Positions 35,829-48,766 of a stretch of DNA of 64,000 nucleotides are shown in pieces. The position numbers and the translations under genes are program-made. Each line of letters starts with the position of its first letter. The stretch's first letter is position 1. Source of the DNA: Paraspadella gotoi (taxonomy: Eukaryota; Animalia; Chaetognatha); assembly GCA_051294375.1 (NCBI GenBank), contig JBJCIZ010000239.1, forward strand, positions 1,444,581 through 1,508,580, written 5' to 3'. Below the pieces are notes generated by a model. That model ran no database searches. It was given only the letters and a program-made list of their open reading frames with translations, and was not told the DNA's origin.

Positions 35829-38034
35829 AGAGAGAGAAGCGAGGTTAGAGTGAAGGATTATTGTTAGGGTTAGGGATAACGGTTTAGGGTCAAGGGTTGA
35901 GGTTATAGATTTTGGTTTATTACTATGATTAAGTATTAGGGTATGGTTATTGGTTATTGGTTAATTGTTAATGGTTAATATTTGAGGTTAGTTTATGGTG
36001 ATAGAGATTGAGTTGCAGGTTTGTTAACAGATTTGGTTTAAATTTTGGAAAAGAGAGACGTTAATTTTACCAATTGACATCCGAATAGCAAGGGTAAGGG
36101 TAATGGTAAGAAGGGTAAGGGTAACAAAGTCACTAAATATTGTAAAAAATCTTTAAAAAATTAAAATCATATGAGAAGTAGTACATAAGTCATCCGAATA
36201 AAGAACTAATAAAATATAAAAAATAAAATATTTTCTTTCGCGTCAAACTTGAGCCAAAAAAAAAAAAAGATCGAATTCTCCCTTCCCCCCAGCGGAGATC
36301 GAAAGAGGATCAGAGGCTAATTCCTCACCAATACGTTTCCTTTCCTTCTTTTTTCTTCTTTTCCTCCTCTTCTTCCTCTTCCTCCTCATCTTATTCCCTC
36401 CTCTTTCCTCATCCTTCCTTTTAATCCTCCTCCTCTTCCTTCCTATTCCTTCCTCTTTCTCCTCTTACCTTTAATCCTCCTCCTTTTCCTCTTCCTTCCT
36501 CTAATTCTCCTCCTCCTTCCTCGTCCTTTCTCTAATCCTCTTCCTCCTCATCCTTTTTCTAATCCTCCTCTTCCTCCTCCTCCTTCATCTTTCATCTAAT
36601 CCTGCTCCTCTTCCTAATCCTTACTCTAATCCTCCTTCTCCTCTTCCTTATCGTTCATCTAATCCTCATCCTCTTCTTCTTCCTCTTCCTCTTCCTTTCT
36701 CTAATCCTCCTCTTCTTCCTCATCCTTTCTCTAACCCTCCTTTTCCTCTTCCTCCTCCTCTTCCTTCCTCTAATCCAAAATCCCACCACCCCCCCCTCCC
36801 AGCGCCCCCCTCGCCGCGTCAGCTCCTTCCTTCCCAACTTCAACGTGGCGCTCAACACCCTCAACTTGATTTACTCTCAATCCCTCGTTTGGTTCGGCAT
36901 CTTCTACTCTCCGCTGCTCCCCGTCGTTCAGCTGCTCAAACTATTGCTCTTGTTTCATCTCAAGAAGATCACCGTGCTCAAAAACTGCGCGCCGTTTAAG
37001 AGGGTACGGGGGGGTGGTGCTGGAGAAAAGAAGCGGGCGAAAGCCGGCGTGGTAAAGGAAGTTGTGGGGGAAAGAAAAGAAAAGAATGATTTAAAAAAAA
37101 AAGAAAAGATAGAGAGAAATGAAAGGATAATGGAGTAGCGGTGAACGGGAAAGATAAGAAAACAAAGAAAGATACGGAAAAGAAAAGAAAAATAGAAAAT
37201 AATAAGAAAAAAAGAGGAGAAAATAAATGTAAAGCACGGGGAACGAAAGAGAAATAAAAATAGATGCAGCACGCGGCGAAAATGCGGCGGAATAAATATA
37301 GAGAAAGTGTCAAACACATAAAAGTTTTTATTTCCTTTTTTTGGGCATCAAATTGTTAACGGGATTAGCCTCGGCTCAGACTAGCGGAAGTTAGGGTGCC
37401 TGTTCTGACTTCCGAGAGCATTAACAACTGAGCCTGTCACCTGGCTCTAACACCTACCACCTGACAATGCATCTCACCGATTCCGATTTCTCCGTCAGGC
37501 GTGGAGAGGCGCGAGAATTCAAACGATCTTCTTGGTTCTTCTTTTCTTCGGTTTCATGACGGCCATCATCCTCTTGGGCTGCGGAATTTATTTGGCAAAT
37601 CCTTCTCCCAATTGCGGACCCTACAGGGTGAGTCGAGTTTAAAAAAATTAACTCTAGTGACCCTACAGACTGTATCAACAGAAATTGTCTTCATCCTACC
37701 TATATCGTAGATGACGGCTCATTATAACATTTATTTCCGTTAAGAAAATTTCTTTTAACAACTTGAAATTTGTATATTAGATCATCCAATTCGCTCTGTT
37801 GGGCCACGCCTTCTTCTGCGGTTAAAAAAATCCATGTTACTTGCAATTAAAACTTTCTTTACATTTGCGGCATAAGATTCAAATGTTTAATAAAGAATTT
37901 CTGAAAAACAATAAAGTTTTATGAGAATCGACACAGAAATAATCAGCTCTGCAATATGCAAATTAGATTTAAATATAAAATTGCTTTGTTGTTATTATAG
38001 AGACAGAAATAAAGAGAGAAAGAAAAAAATAAAT

Positions 38035-38077
<43 letters not shown>

Positions 38078-39955
38078 GAGAGAGATACTCCGTTAAATCT
38101 TCTTCGCCAAGTACGCAATTGCCTAGAGCCGATACTTACAAACGAATTAAAAGGAAGAGCGAGAGTGAGACAGAGTCGTGGCCGACCTCGGAAATCCTAC
38201 TTCCTCGTTACCCTACATCGCTAATGGGTCCGAGCTTAAAATCGCGCGCTTCTTTTCTCAACGAGGTAGAAAGCCGATTCGGAGACTTGAGTCTATATTT
38301 TAAATAAACGATAATAATATTATTTCATCCAGAGTCGAATTTGTGAAATTTTGTAGCATTACAGAAAACTTTGATCATAAAACAAATTACAAATTATATT
38401 TATGTTTATAAATTAACTTGTTAATAAACATTTAAATTACGAACTATAATTTTGAAGAAAAAAAATCTGATGCAAGGAACTCCTAATGATTTAGATAACA
38501 AAATTTCAAATTTTAATATTGAAATCCATTTGAGTTATTATTCGTTTGCAAGTTTCCACCCTTGCAATCCAATTGCTACCCATTGCAGTCTCATCGATTC
38601 CAATTACAATTCCCCCCCCCCCGTTACCCGCCTCCACAATCACAGCCAACCTCCGCAATTCCATCTGCTCTTCGGTCAAACCCAAGGCTTCTCGGCTTTC
38701 TTTTCCAAAAACGCCCCAATTCTGTTTCTTAATCCCTGATATTAAATTTTTAATCTGTTATCTGTTAACTTTAATTCTTAACTTTATTCCCTTACTTTAA
38801 TCTAATGCTCGAACGTAACCTTAAAAGGCATAATTTTACTTTCGCCAACTGGGGTTAAAAGAGGTTTAGGATTAAAAGTAGTTTAAGGGTAATTTAAGAT
38901 TAAGCTTAAGGGGTTTAAGGTTTGGATAATTAAATATTTTTTTTTAAATTTTTATTTTAAAATAATTATTTTTAAATAGTTTTTCAAGACCCCCGGTTGG
39001 CGAAAGTAAAAATGTTATCCCTTAAAATCTAAACACTAATTTTTAACCCTAAACCCCAAAACCTAAGTCACTTACCCTAATCCTTAACCATTAAATTTAA
39101 TCCCTTTACTTTAACATAACTTTTTTAAACTAAAAAAAAATAAACAAGAAATGGGGCGTTTTCGGAAATTAAGGCCGGCCTGGGCTCTCCTCCCTTTCCC
39201 TTCTCTCTTCAGGGCCGAGAGAAAGTCAACGACGCCCTCCTGGATTTCGTGGGCGAATTTTACGAAGACGCCCGAGGACTTTACGGTCTCATCGCTTTTC
39301 TGTCTTCGTCTTGGTTCATTATCGCTTTGCTTATCTTTTTGGCGATCAAGGTGAGTTCAAAGTTCTTCGCTAGGAGTTCGCCCTTGTTTTTAGAATTCGC
39401 CCTAGTTTAGTTCGCCGTAGTTTGTTTTTTTTTTCGTCGTCCTGTTCTTTGCCGTTCTCGACGTTGGCCCCTTTTTCATTTCGTGTTTAATTTTGTTCGC
39501 AATCGGATTAAGTTCGCTGGAGTATTGTTACATTTTGAAAATTAACCGCTTTTCGTTAGTTCGCCCTTTGTACAATAAATCGTTCCCCATTCTAAAGTTA
39601 GTGTACCGTTATTATGATCAAATCAGAATGGACATACGTAATTTTACCAGATTTCGAATTATAAGTTCCTCCTACTAAAGAAAACAAAATCACATTGACG
39701 ATTTGAGAAGAGCTTAATTAGTCGGTATACTATTAAATTCCAATTTTAATTAAAACTTAACAGGTCTACTACGCTCGCGTGTCGGCCAACGCGCGTTTGC
39801 AAACAATTTCGATGCTGAAGAATCAACTGCAGCTCAGTTCGTTCGACAAACAGTTTTTACTGCAGCAGATTCAGCAAAACACGCGGATTGGATCCAGCCC
39901 AGGTGAGGCTCAGTGTTTTTTGTTTTGTTTTTTTTGTTTTTTTTTGGCCTTATTT

Positions 39956-40046
<91 letters not shown>

Positions 40047-40454
40047 TTTCATATCATTATCTTCGACCTGTGTATCGGCGAATGCTTCCATAGTTTCCTA
40101 ATTTGTTTAATGTTTATGTATCTCTATTTTTGTTTTGTTTTATTTTCCAGAGAAATCCGTCTCTTCCGAAACAGAATCGACTCAAGTAAGAAGAAATGTT
40201 TGTTTACTTCCAGTTTGATTGTTTATTTACACTTTTGATTTTTCTTTTCTTTTCATTTCAAGATAAACAACCCTTACGGATGCAGCCGCGGAGGTTCTGG
40301 GGGTGAACCTCGTAATTCTCCGGCAAAAGGGAACAACGACATAGACCCGAATGGACAAGGACAAGGAGAAGGACCTGGACAAAAAGGACAACCCAAAAAG
40401 GACAGAGCTTCGACTCCTTCGGGACAAAGACATTTGACGCCACCTCGCGTTTAA
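29119..40454 (+). CDS. TMC: Transmembrane channel-like protein (TMC family, TMC4-8-like), 16 exons, ~831 aa: 29119-29293, 29725-29864, 30141-30305, 30420-30587, 31515-31668, 32112-32335, 33378-33519, 33879-33993, 34694-34834, 35550-35787, 36803-37003, 37499-37627, 39213-39350, 39764-39902, 40151-40185, 40263-40454
   Basis: Family motifs [62 protein letters not shown] (TMC signature), FNVALNTLNLIYSQ, FYSPLLP and PSPNCGPYRG. All phases are consistent (2496 nt). Confidence 0.93.
30837..31247 (+). mobile_element. Interspersed repeat family A (~305-325 bp, starts GAAATTGGTACAACCAAT): full copy plus a head-to-tail partial copy. Other copies at ~4986-5072, 7819-7885, 35225-35420 (+) and 63686-63992 (-)
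   Basis: Direct sequence similarity between copies. No ORF; class not determined. Confidence 0.85.
32308..32878 (+). repeat. 46-60-bp minisatellite (about 9 copies) duplicating the TMC exon 6 donor site, interrupted by a perfect 96-bp palindrome (32501-32596)
   Basis: The unit GATTTAAGATTTTTCTTCGTGAATAAG|GTCGGGAGCTGA recurs. The palindrome is centred on TATAC|GTATA at 32548/32549. Confidence 0.93.
34108..34322. mobile_element. ~215-bp tRNA-derived interspersed element with Helentron/HINE-like ends, copy 1
   Basis: Near-identical to 34977-35192. Subterminal IR AACCGTTCA/TGAACGGTT, 3' hairpin GGTGGA-TTTTAG-TCCACC, and a tRNA-Gly-like segment on the - strand at 34217-34282. Confidence 0.75.
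34977..35192. mobile_element. ~215-bp tRNA-derived interspersed element, copy 2 (same orientation; the two copies flank TMC exon 9)
   Basis: Direct repeat of 34108-34322 with a few substitutions. Confidence 0.75.
38832..39013. mobile_element. MITE-like element with TIR ATTTTACTTTCGCC and degenerate TTAGGG-like body. Other copies at 60927-61254 (complete), 55319-~55450 and 61365-~61530 (left halves)
   Basis: AATTTTACTTTCGCCAACTGGGG...CCCCGGTTGGCGAAAGTAAAAAT terminal inverted repeat; the same terminus recurs at four sites. Confidence 0.75.
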
Positions 40455-40741
40455 ACTAAAAATTTTACCAAGATTGATTTTTGGAACATGGTTTAAAAAT
40501 TCCCCTAATGCGATTAAAAATTTGCCAAACGAATCACATTCTGAGTTATATTGAAATAAAAGTTGATATAATGAAATATGTATATATTTTTTACACAATT
40601 TTCATTTAGAATGTACGTGTAAATAAGTCACGAGACGCGTAATTAAAGCAAACAAAACCAAAAATCTAGAATTTAAACCCAAATCTTTCAACAATAAAAA
40701 AAAGTCCATTGACAATAAATCCAAAACGAAGTGAGAAAACA

Positions 40742-43074
40742 ATGGCACACCAGATTCGTTGCGCCGTAAAGAATCGCGATCACGCTCTGTTGGAAAAACT
40801 TTTAAAACGAAAGAACATCGACGTCAACCAAATCATCGGCGGGTCCACGCCGCTAGGGTGCGTTGGTTAGAGGAGAACGAGATTGAGTCAAGCTTGTGCA
40901 TTTGCTCTTTTTTTTTCATTAATCACTAAATAATAGACTCGATTTGTCATTAATTTGTTGGTTTTTATTATTAATACACTGACGATGTTGAACGGATTGG
41001 ATTGATTTGAAGAGATAGCACAATAATAATCAATAAATAAACACAGATGAGGCTGTAGCACCCTGATACAGTTGGGTGAAGTTTACCATCTGCTGGGCAA
41101 TCACAGGGCTACTCGGGGCTAGATCCCCGGACGAAAGCTGCAATTAGATTGATCAAATAATTCCGCCGGACAGTTCCGGATCGTATGGCAACAAACGGAA
41201 AAATCTCCAATGCCCACTGAGCTGAGAGATGTGGCTCATATCAGATTGATTATTTAATTAATTCGTACGATAAATTTATAAATTCTAAAATCATTTTTTC
41301 TACGACTCCGTGGGTTAACATAAGAAAGCGTAAATTTGAGACGTGGATAGAAAACGAAATAATTATCCCAATTTACTTAACCGCTTCAATATTTGACGAT
41401 ATTCAAGTAAACAGACGTTTAAATCTAATGATTGTATTTAGCTGAAAACACTTTTCTGAAAAGACATTTAGAAACCTCGCGATTCATCCAATACCGCCCC
41501 GCCCCCCCCCCCGCCGCCGCAGCCTGGCGGTCTACTTCGGCGACGCCGTCAGCACGGAGATGCTCCTCAAGGCCGGCGCGGACCCTAACATCCGAATGGC
41601 CATCATCGACATTCAGTGCGAATATCAAACGGCCGGCGCCGAACCTCCTCTCACCTATTTGGTGAGAAAGGTAAGTTTAAGAATGGTAGAAAAACGAGTG
41701 ACAAAAGAACTTTGATAAAAACAGCCGAGTACTACGATATCGATAATGCAGTTATCCGGAAGCCCATGTTACTAATTAGTTAATTAGTACAGTAACTTTT
41801 TTCTTTACTCGATAAACTGGAGGGAGTGGATATCTCTCAACTTGGAGTTGGAATCAGCTCAGCTATGAGTAATAGATGCAGGAAGGTGAGCTTGTGTCCC
41901 ATCGGAGGGATTTTTAAAAATTCAAAAAAATTGCGCTCAGCACCCTAAAAATTTTTTTTTACAATATTTTGCTCTAGCGCAGTTATTAATGAAGCTTGCC
42001 CTATCATTTTTTGCTCATAAATACTCCGAGACGAGACCTACATAATGATGTTATAAAATTTTTAAATTAATTTTATTTTTTTGGTTTTAATAATTAATTT
42101 AGTCAAAATAATATTCAAAAGTATCTGAAAATATCCAAGGTAATTGATTCCTTTTTTATACAAAATGATACATTGAACAAGAGCAGTTTTAATAAATAAA
42201 AAATAAAATTTAAAAAATTATTTTAAATACCAAAAATATTTTTTCAATATTATAAAAATATATTATAGTCTTAAAACTAATTAAAATATTTAAAAACTAT
42301 AAAGGGTTTGAAAGCGGACATCATGCTGATTCCAAATCTATTTTTGTTTTTAAAATTTGATTTCTTGTTCTTGTTTTACAGACTCATACATTTGTAAAAA
42401 TTAAGAAAATCATCCCTTTTTCAAAACCTTATAAAAAATGATAGGGTCCATGTATTGGAAAAAAAAATTAAAATTAACTTTGAAAATGTAATATCTACTT
42501 GCTATCAAAATTTTAAATGAGAAGAATAAGATTTGCCAAAGATATCAAGGGAAGAAGTGTCATTATTTATATTTTTTTATGAAAAAAGAATAAGATTTTT
42601 TTTTAATAGACAATTGAACGCGTTCTCTCATGGCCGAAAGCAGCTGAGGCAGAGGTTCTTCGAAGACTAGGATTTAGTAAGGACTTAAAATTTTTTTGCA
42701 ATATTGAGGACAACCTCACAACATTTTGAGTTCACCTATCTTTTTTTTTACTAACATTGTACAATCAAAGTCAGAGTTTCTAATGCAGACATAATGAGTA
42801 GACCTTTCCATGCATGAAAAGTTTTTAAATCAAAAAACGAGTATTGGTAAAGTGCCCATACATCATATGAATTTTTTGAATATTTTTTTCAAAAGATTTT
42901 TACAGTAAATGCTGCTAACTTCTGAAAAAAAAAAGCTAAAAAATTGACTTTTTAATAATATCTTTTAAAGCTTTATTACTACAGGTACGAAACCCAATCT
43001 ATCTTGTAGTAGGGGTAGTCCCACTCAATGGAATGCACTTTTCTTAAAATCTTAAAAGCATAAGGATCGTCGCA

Positions 43075-43150
<76 letters not shown>

Positions 43151-44581
43151 GTTTTCGGACGAATCACGAAGAGAGCGCGTTCAAACTATTTTGGGCAGTT
43201 AGGGATTTTTACATTTTTCCTCAAATTAATCTTTAGTTTCAAAAAATCGTGACGTCGAATCGTCTTACGGCGCCTCAAGAACGGTAGTGAAGGTTTCAGT
43301 AACTAAACAACTCAAATAAACAATATTGACGACGCCGTAAGCACGCGCTAGTACGACTATGCAGTGCAATACAGCTATTCAGTAAACGTACGACTATTCT
43401 TTACAGAGAGAGAGAAGGAGACATAAAAAATATTTGTTTTTTTTTTTGTTTTTAATCGGATCTGCTTATCAGCAGATCCCGACTCTATAATTCACTAATG
43501 AAAAAACAAAAAAATAGAATTCACTATTTGAACACCAATTGCTCATGAGTGGATGGGGCGATTGACCTGGAATTTTGTATGTGAGTAGAAAAGTGTGTGA
43601 TTGAACCGGAAACCAAGTTTCGATGGAATCTTTTGAGTGGAAATAAGTTTAAATGGAAAAAAACAAAAAACCTGTTTCACTAATTGAATATGATTCTTTT
43701 TCCTTTTATAAATAAATGTATATGCAGGATGTATTAATAAATCAAATAATTAATCAGTTAATTAATCAATTAGTCAATTAATTATCAATAATTAATTAAT
43801 CAGTCAATCAATCCGTCCATCCATCCCACCTTAGCAAAAAGCTCCAATAACTCATGATTGGTTGGTTGGATTGGAATGAGTTTTTGTGTGTGGGTAGGAA
43901 AGTGTGTGATAAAGCTGGATAAAAAGTTTCGACGGAATCGTATGAGTGGAAATGAGTTTAAGTGGAAATAACATAAGTCGCATTTACTAAAATATTTTTA
44001 CTTATTTTAACCAATAAGTACTCTAATTAATCATAATTGGATGGATAGATTGAGTTCAAATTTTTGTGTGGGTAGAAAAATGTTGTAACGATGCTTGATA
44101 TAAAGTTTCGGTGGAAACGTACCAGTGGAAATGAGTTTAAATGAAAAAAATATGAGTCACATTTACTTGAATCTTTTTACTTATTTTAACCCATAATAGA
44201 TTGAGATGAAATTTTGTGAGTGGGTAGGAAAGTGTGTGAAAAAGCTAGATATAAAGTTTTGACGGAATTGTGCCAGTGGAAATGAGTTTAAATGGAAAAA
44301 ACATAAGTCACATTTACTTGAATCTATATTATTTATGATTACTAATTTATGATTACTAATAAATGTTTGAATTAATTAATTAATTAATGTGAAAAAATGA
44401 TGCAATTTAAAAAAATTATGCAAGTTGAAAAAATGATGCAAGCAGAAAAATAATGCAAGTTAAAAAAATCCTAAAAGCATAAGGATCGTCGCAATTGCAA
44501 AGAGAGAGAGGGAGAGAGAGAGAAGAACCGCAATTCGCCACAAGAGAGCAGAAAAATGAGCATAAGGATCGTCGCAATTGC

Positions 44582-44621
<40 letters not shown>

Positions 44622-47600
44622 TCCGAGATAGAATAAAAATTAGTTGTTATTTACTACACAGAATAAATAATACTTACAAAATACATAAAATTGATAAAAT
44701 TATTATTCCGATAACATGCATTATATCTCACGGTAGGGAAGAGGGGATGTGAAAGAAACAAAAAAAGTGCCATCTCTGAACCTATAAAATCTTAAAGTAT
44801 ACCATGAGACACTTAATGTGGTAGGTCAGTAAAATTCGATAAAGGCAGGTTTTTTTTTAAATGCTCATTAAAGTTTTTTTAATTTTTTTATAAAAAATTT
44901 TAAGTAGTTTATGGAATATGCTTACAATTTGAATGTCTATATGTCTGTCATTATCTACAAAGCTCTCTCTCTCTCTCACTCATACATGTATTTGTTGGTT
45001 TTATTTACGATGAATGACTCATCACGTTAATGAATAACTATCATTGTATCAATGAATGACGATCATCGCCTCAATGAATGACTATCATCGCATCCAACAT
45101 TTGGTTGTCATCGCATCAATCATTTGGTTTGTTGGACAAAACTCTCGTCGTGGTCCGTCGACCTTATTTACCTTTTGTAAAAGTCTTTAAAAATATAAAC
45201 AATCGATATTTATTTATAAACAATACAGTTCATTGTTATTTCAATGCTTTGATTAATCATGATTCTATTTCATACAGATCGCATTAATGTAGTTGGCCAT
45301 CGTCGGGGTTTTTATATATATATATGGTTATTGGTTTATGCGTTTATGTTATTTGAATAGCTTACCTGAGAGATCATTGCTGTTTCTATCGTTAACCGAT
45401 GCTTACCTTTTGCTTACCTCCAGTTCTTGATTTCTAAAGACTCATTAAATCCTACGATATAGATACTCTCAGAAGGGTGAGCGACCGACGGAAAACCCCG
45501 CTCATCAGGTTATCATCGCATCAATATTTGGTTATCATCGCGTCAATAATTGGTTATCATCGCATCAATAATCAATTCCTACTACATCAATAAATTACTA
45601 TTACATCAATAATTCGTAATCACATCAATTATTCTTTTTTTTTCCGGATGTTTTCATTAATTTTCTTTAATAGCTAGCTGGCTCGATCAATACTACTTTT
45701 AAGATTTTTTTAAAAAAATTTTATAAAAATAAAAAGAAAAATTGACAAAGTGATTAAATTATTAACAAGTTTGAGCAAACGATATCAGAATGTACTATTT
45801 TTTATTTACTGTAAGAAAAGTGCATTCCTCTTTTCTTTTTAACGTAGTTCAAACCTATTAAATAAAAATAATTATTAAGGTAAGTAATTTTTTTTAATAT
45901 TAAAAATTTTTAACCTATAGTCTTTTTTTAAAAATTCTTTTAGGCAAAACAAAGGCAATTATCTCTCTATTCAATTGAGCATAATTTTCTTTTAAATCTT
46001 TCACAAACATTGTTAAAAATATCATTTTTTAAAAATATTATCAAAAATAGCCTAAAACAATAGGTTTAACAAAATTTATTTGGTAAGAAAAATAACTTAA
46101 TTTATAATGCGAGGTATGTAACATAGTCAATTTTTTCCGCTCTACAAGATAGAATGGGTTTCGTCCCTGTAGTAATAAATCTTTAAAAGATATTTATGAA
46201 AAAGTCAATTTTTTACCTTTTTTTCATTTTTTTCAAGAGTTGGCCACATTTACTGTAAATTTTTTTTTGAAAACAAATGTTCAAAAAATTTCATATGATA
46301 TATGGGCACCTTTATACAAACGTTTTTTGATTGAAAACTTTTCATATATGGAAAGGTCTACTCTTTATGTCTGCATTAAAACTCTGACTTTGGTTGTGCA
46401 ATGTTAGTAAGAAAAAGATATGTGAACTCAAAATGTTGTGAGGTTGTCCTCAATATTGCAAAAATTTAAGTCCTTACTAAATCCTAGTCTTTGAAGAACC
46501 TCTGCCCTTGCCGCTTCGGCCATGAGAGAACGCTTCAATTGTCTATTAAAAAAAATCTTATTCTTTTTTTCATAAAAAATATAAATAATGACACTTCTTC
46601 CCTTGATATCTTTGCAAATCTTATTCTTCTCATTTAAAATTTGATAGCAAATAGATATTACATTTTCAAAGTTAATTTAAAATTTTTTTTCCAAAACACG
46701 GACCCAATCATTTTTTATAAGGTTTTGAAAAAGAGACAATTTTCTTAATTTTTACAAATGTATGAGACTGTAAAACAAGAACAAGAAATCAAATTTTAAA
46801 AACAAAAATAGATTTGGAATCAGCATGATGTCTGCTTTCAAACCCATTATAGTTTTTTTAAATATTTTAATTAGTTTTAAGACTATAAATGTATTTTTAT
46901 AATATTGGAAAAATATTTTTGGTATTTAAAATAATTTTTTAAAATTTTATTTTTTACTTATTAAAACTGCTCTTGTTCAATGTATCATTTTGTATAAAAA
47001 AGAATCAATTACTTTGGATATTTTCAGAATACATTTGAATATTATTTTGACTAAATTAATTATTAAAACAAAAAAAATTAAATTAATTCAAAAAATTTAT
47101 TAACATCATTATGTAGGTCTCGTCTAGGAGTATTTATGAGCAAAAAATGATAGGGCTAGCTTCATTAATAACTGCGCTAGAGCAATATTGTAAAAAAAAT
47201 TTTTTAGGGTGCTGAGCGCAATTTTTTTGAATTTTTAAAAATCCGTCCAATGGGACACAAACTAACCTTCCTGCATCTATTACTCAAAGTTGAGCTGATT
47301 TCAACTCCTAGTTTGAGAGATATCCGCTCCCTCCAGTTTATCGAGTAAAGAAAAAAGTTACTGATATTAACTAAATTTGTCAAATTTGAAATTAGGAAGA
47401 TACAAATTTATAAATGAGATTTGATTATAAGTCTGTCCCATTTTATCTTTACTACAATAGAAAAACAAAGATTTTATATAATTAAAAGTTTACATTTGTC
47501 ACATCGACGATGAGGACAAAATTTGCTAGGAACACCATATTTTAATAGATCTTGGTAATTAGAAAAAAGTGACAGAAATGCCGCTCAAGTCAATAAAACA

Positions 47601-48376
47601 AAAATTTGGCATAATGAGAATCGGAGCATTTTTAGGATCTCTGGGAAATGTCAACAACCATGAATTTTTTTTTTTTAACATAATTAAAACAAAAATAATA
47701 ATAATTTTAAAATAATAATTAAAATAATAATAATTTAAATAATAAATAATAATAAATAATTATAAATTTGAAATAATTTTAAGAATTTATCCTTGGGCTT
47801 TGTATTTAAGTAGCGTGCGCGAAATTAGAGAAACATGCTGTATTGTCTAATTGCGCTTCAAGCCTCGTTTCTTAATCTTCGAATGAATAAGTCAATTAGC
47901 GGGAAAAAGTTCTACATCATATGCTGTATCACAAGTTACTTAAATTTAAACTTCGTGATATTCAGTCATAAGTTACAGAATATTCAGGCATAAGTTTTAA
48001 AAATTTAACCTCAATATGCAAATGGTATTGAGAACAAATTTCGTCACACTACCAAAAAAATTAATACTGATTTAAATTATTACTTGATTATAAGAAATTA
48101 ATCGAAACAATTTCGTAATAATAAATTTAATTATTTTCGGACCACGTTTTGAGTGACTTGCATTCGGGAGAGTCGGGATAGTAATTCAAATGACCCAGTT
48201 CGACCCAAAAAAGAGTCTTGTCAGTCGCGTATCTTCTATCGTCTGTCCAGACGAGGGGATTTAAAATTTTAATGATCCGTCTCGTCTGCCGTATGTGTGT
48301 CTCTCTCCCACTCGCTCTGTCCAAGAAATCGATGCCAGTCAGATAACTCTTTCGGCACCGATTCCCCCGTTTTGAC

Positions 48377-48463
<87 letters not shown>

Positions 48464-48679
48464 AGAATCGTAATCCCTTCTTGTTCTTTCGGCTTTCGTG
48501 TCCACGACAAAAACAGGGACACGTGATCACGTGACTTTAAACAATCACGTGACCTCCTAGATTCACGCGACGAGTCAGAGGATGAATCCCCTCTTTCGGA
48601 TCGGTCGTCGGTGAAACCCCGAATCACTGAGTTCACCAGAATGATTCTCCCATTCTTCACGACCGAAACCATTTGAGGC

Positions 48680-48766
<87 letters not shown>

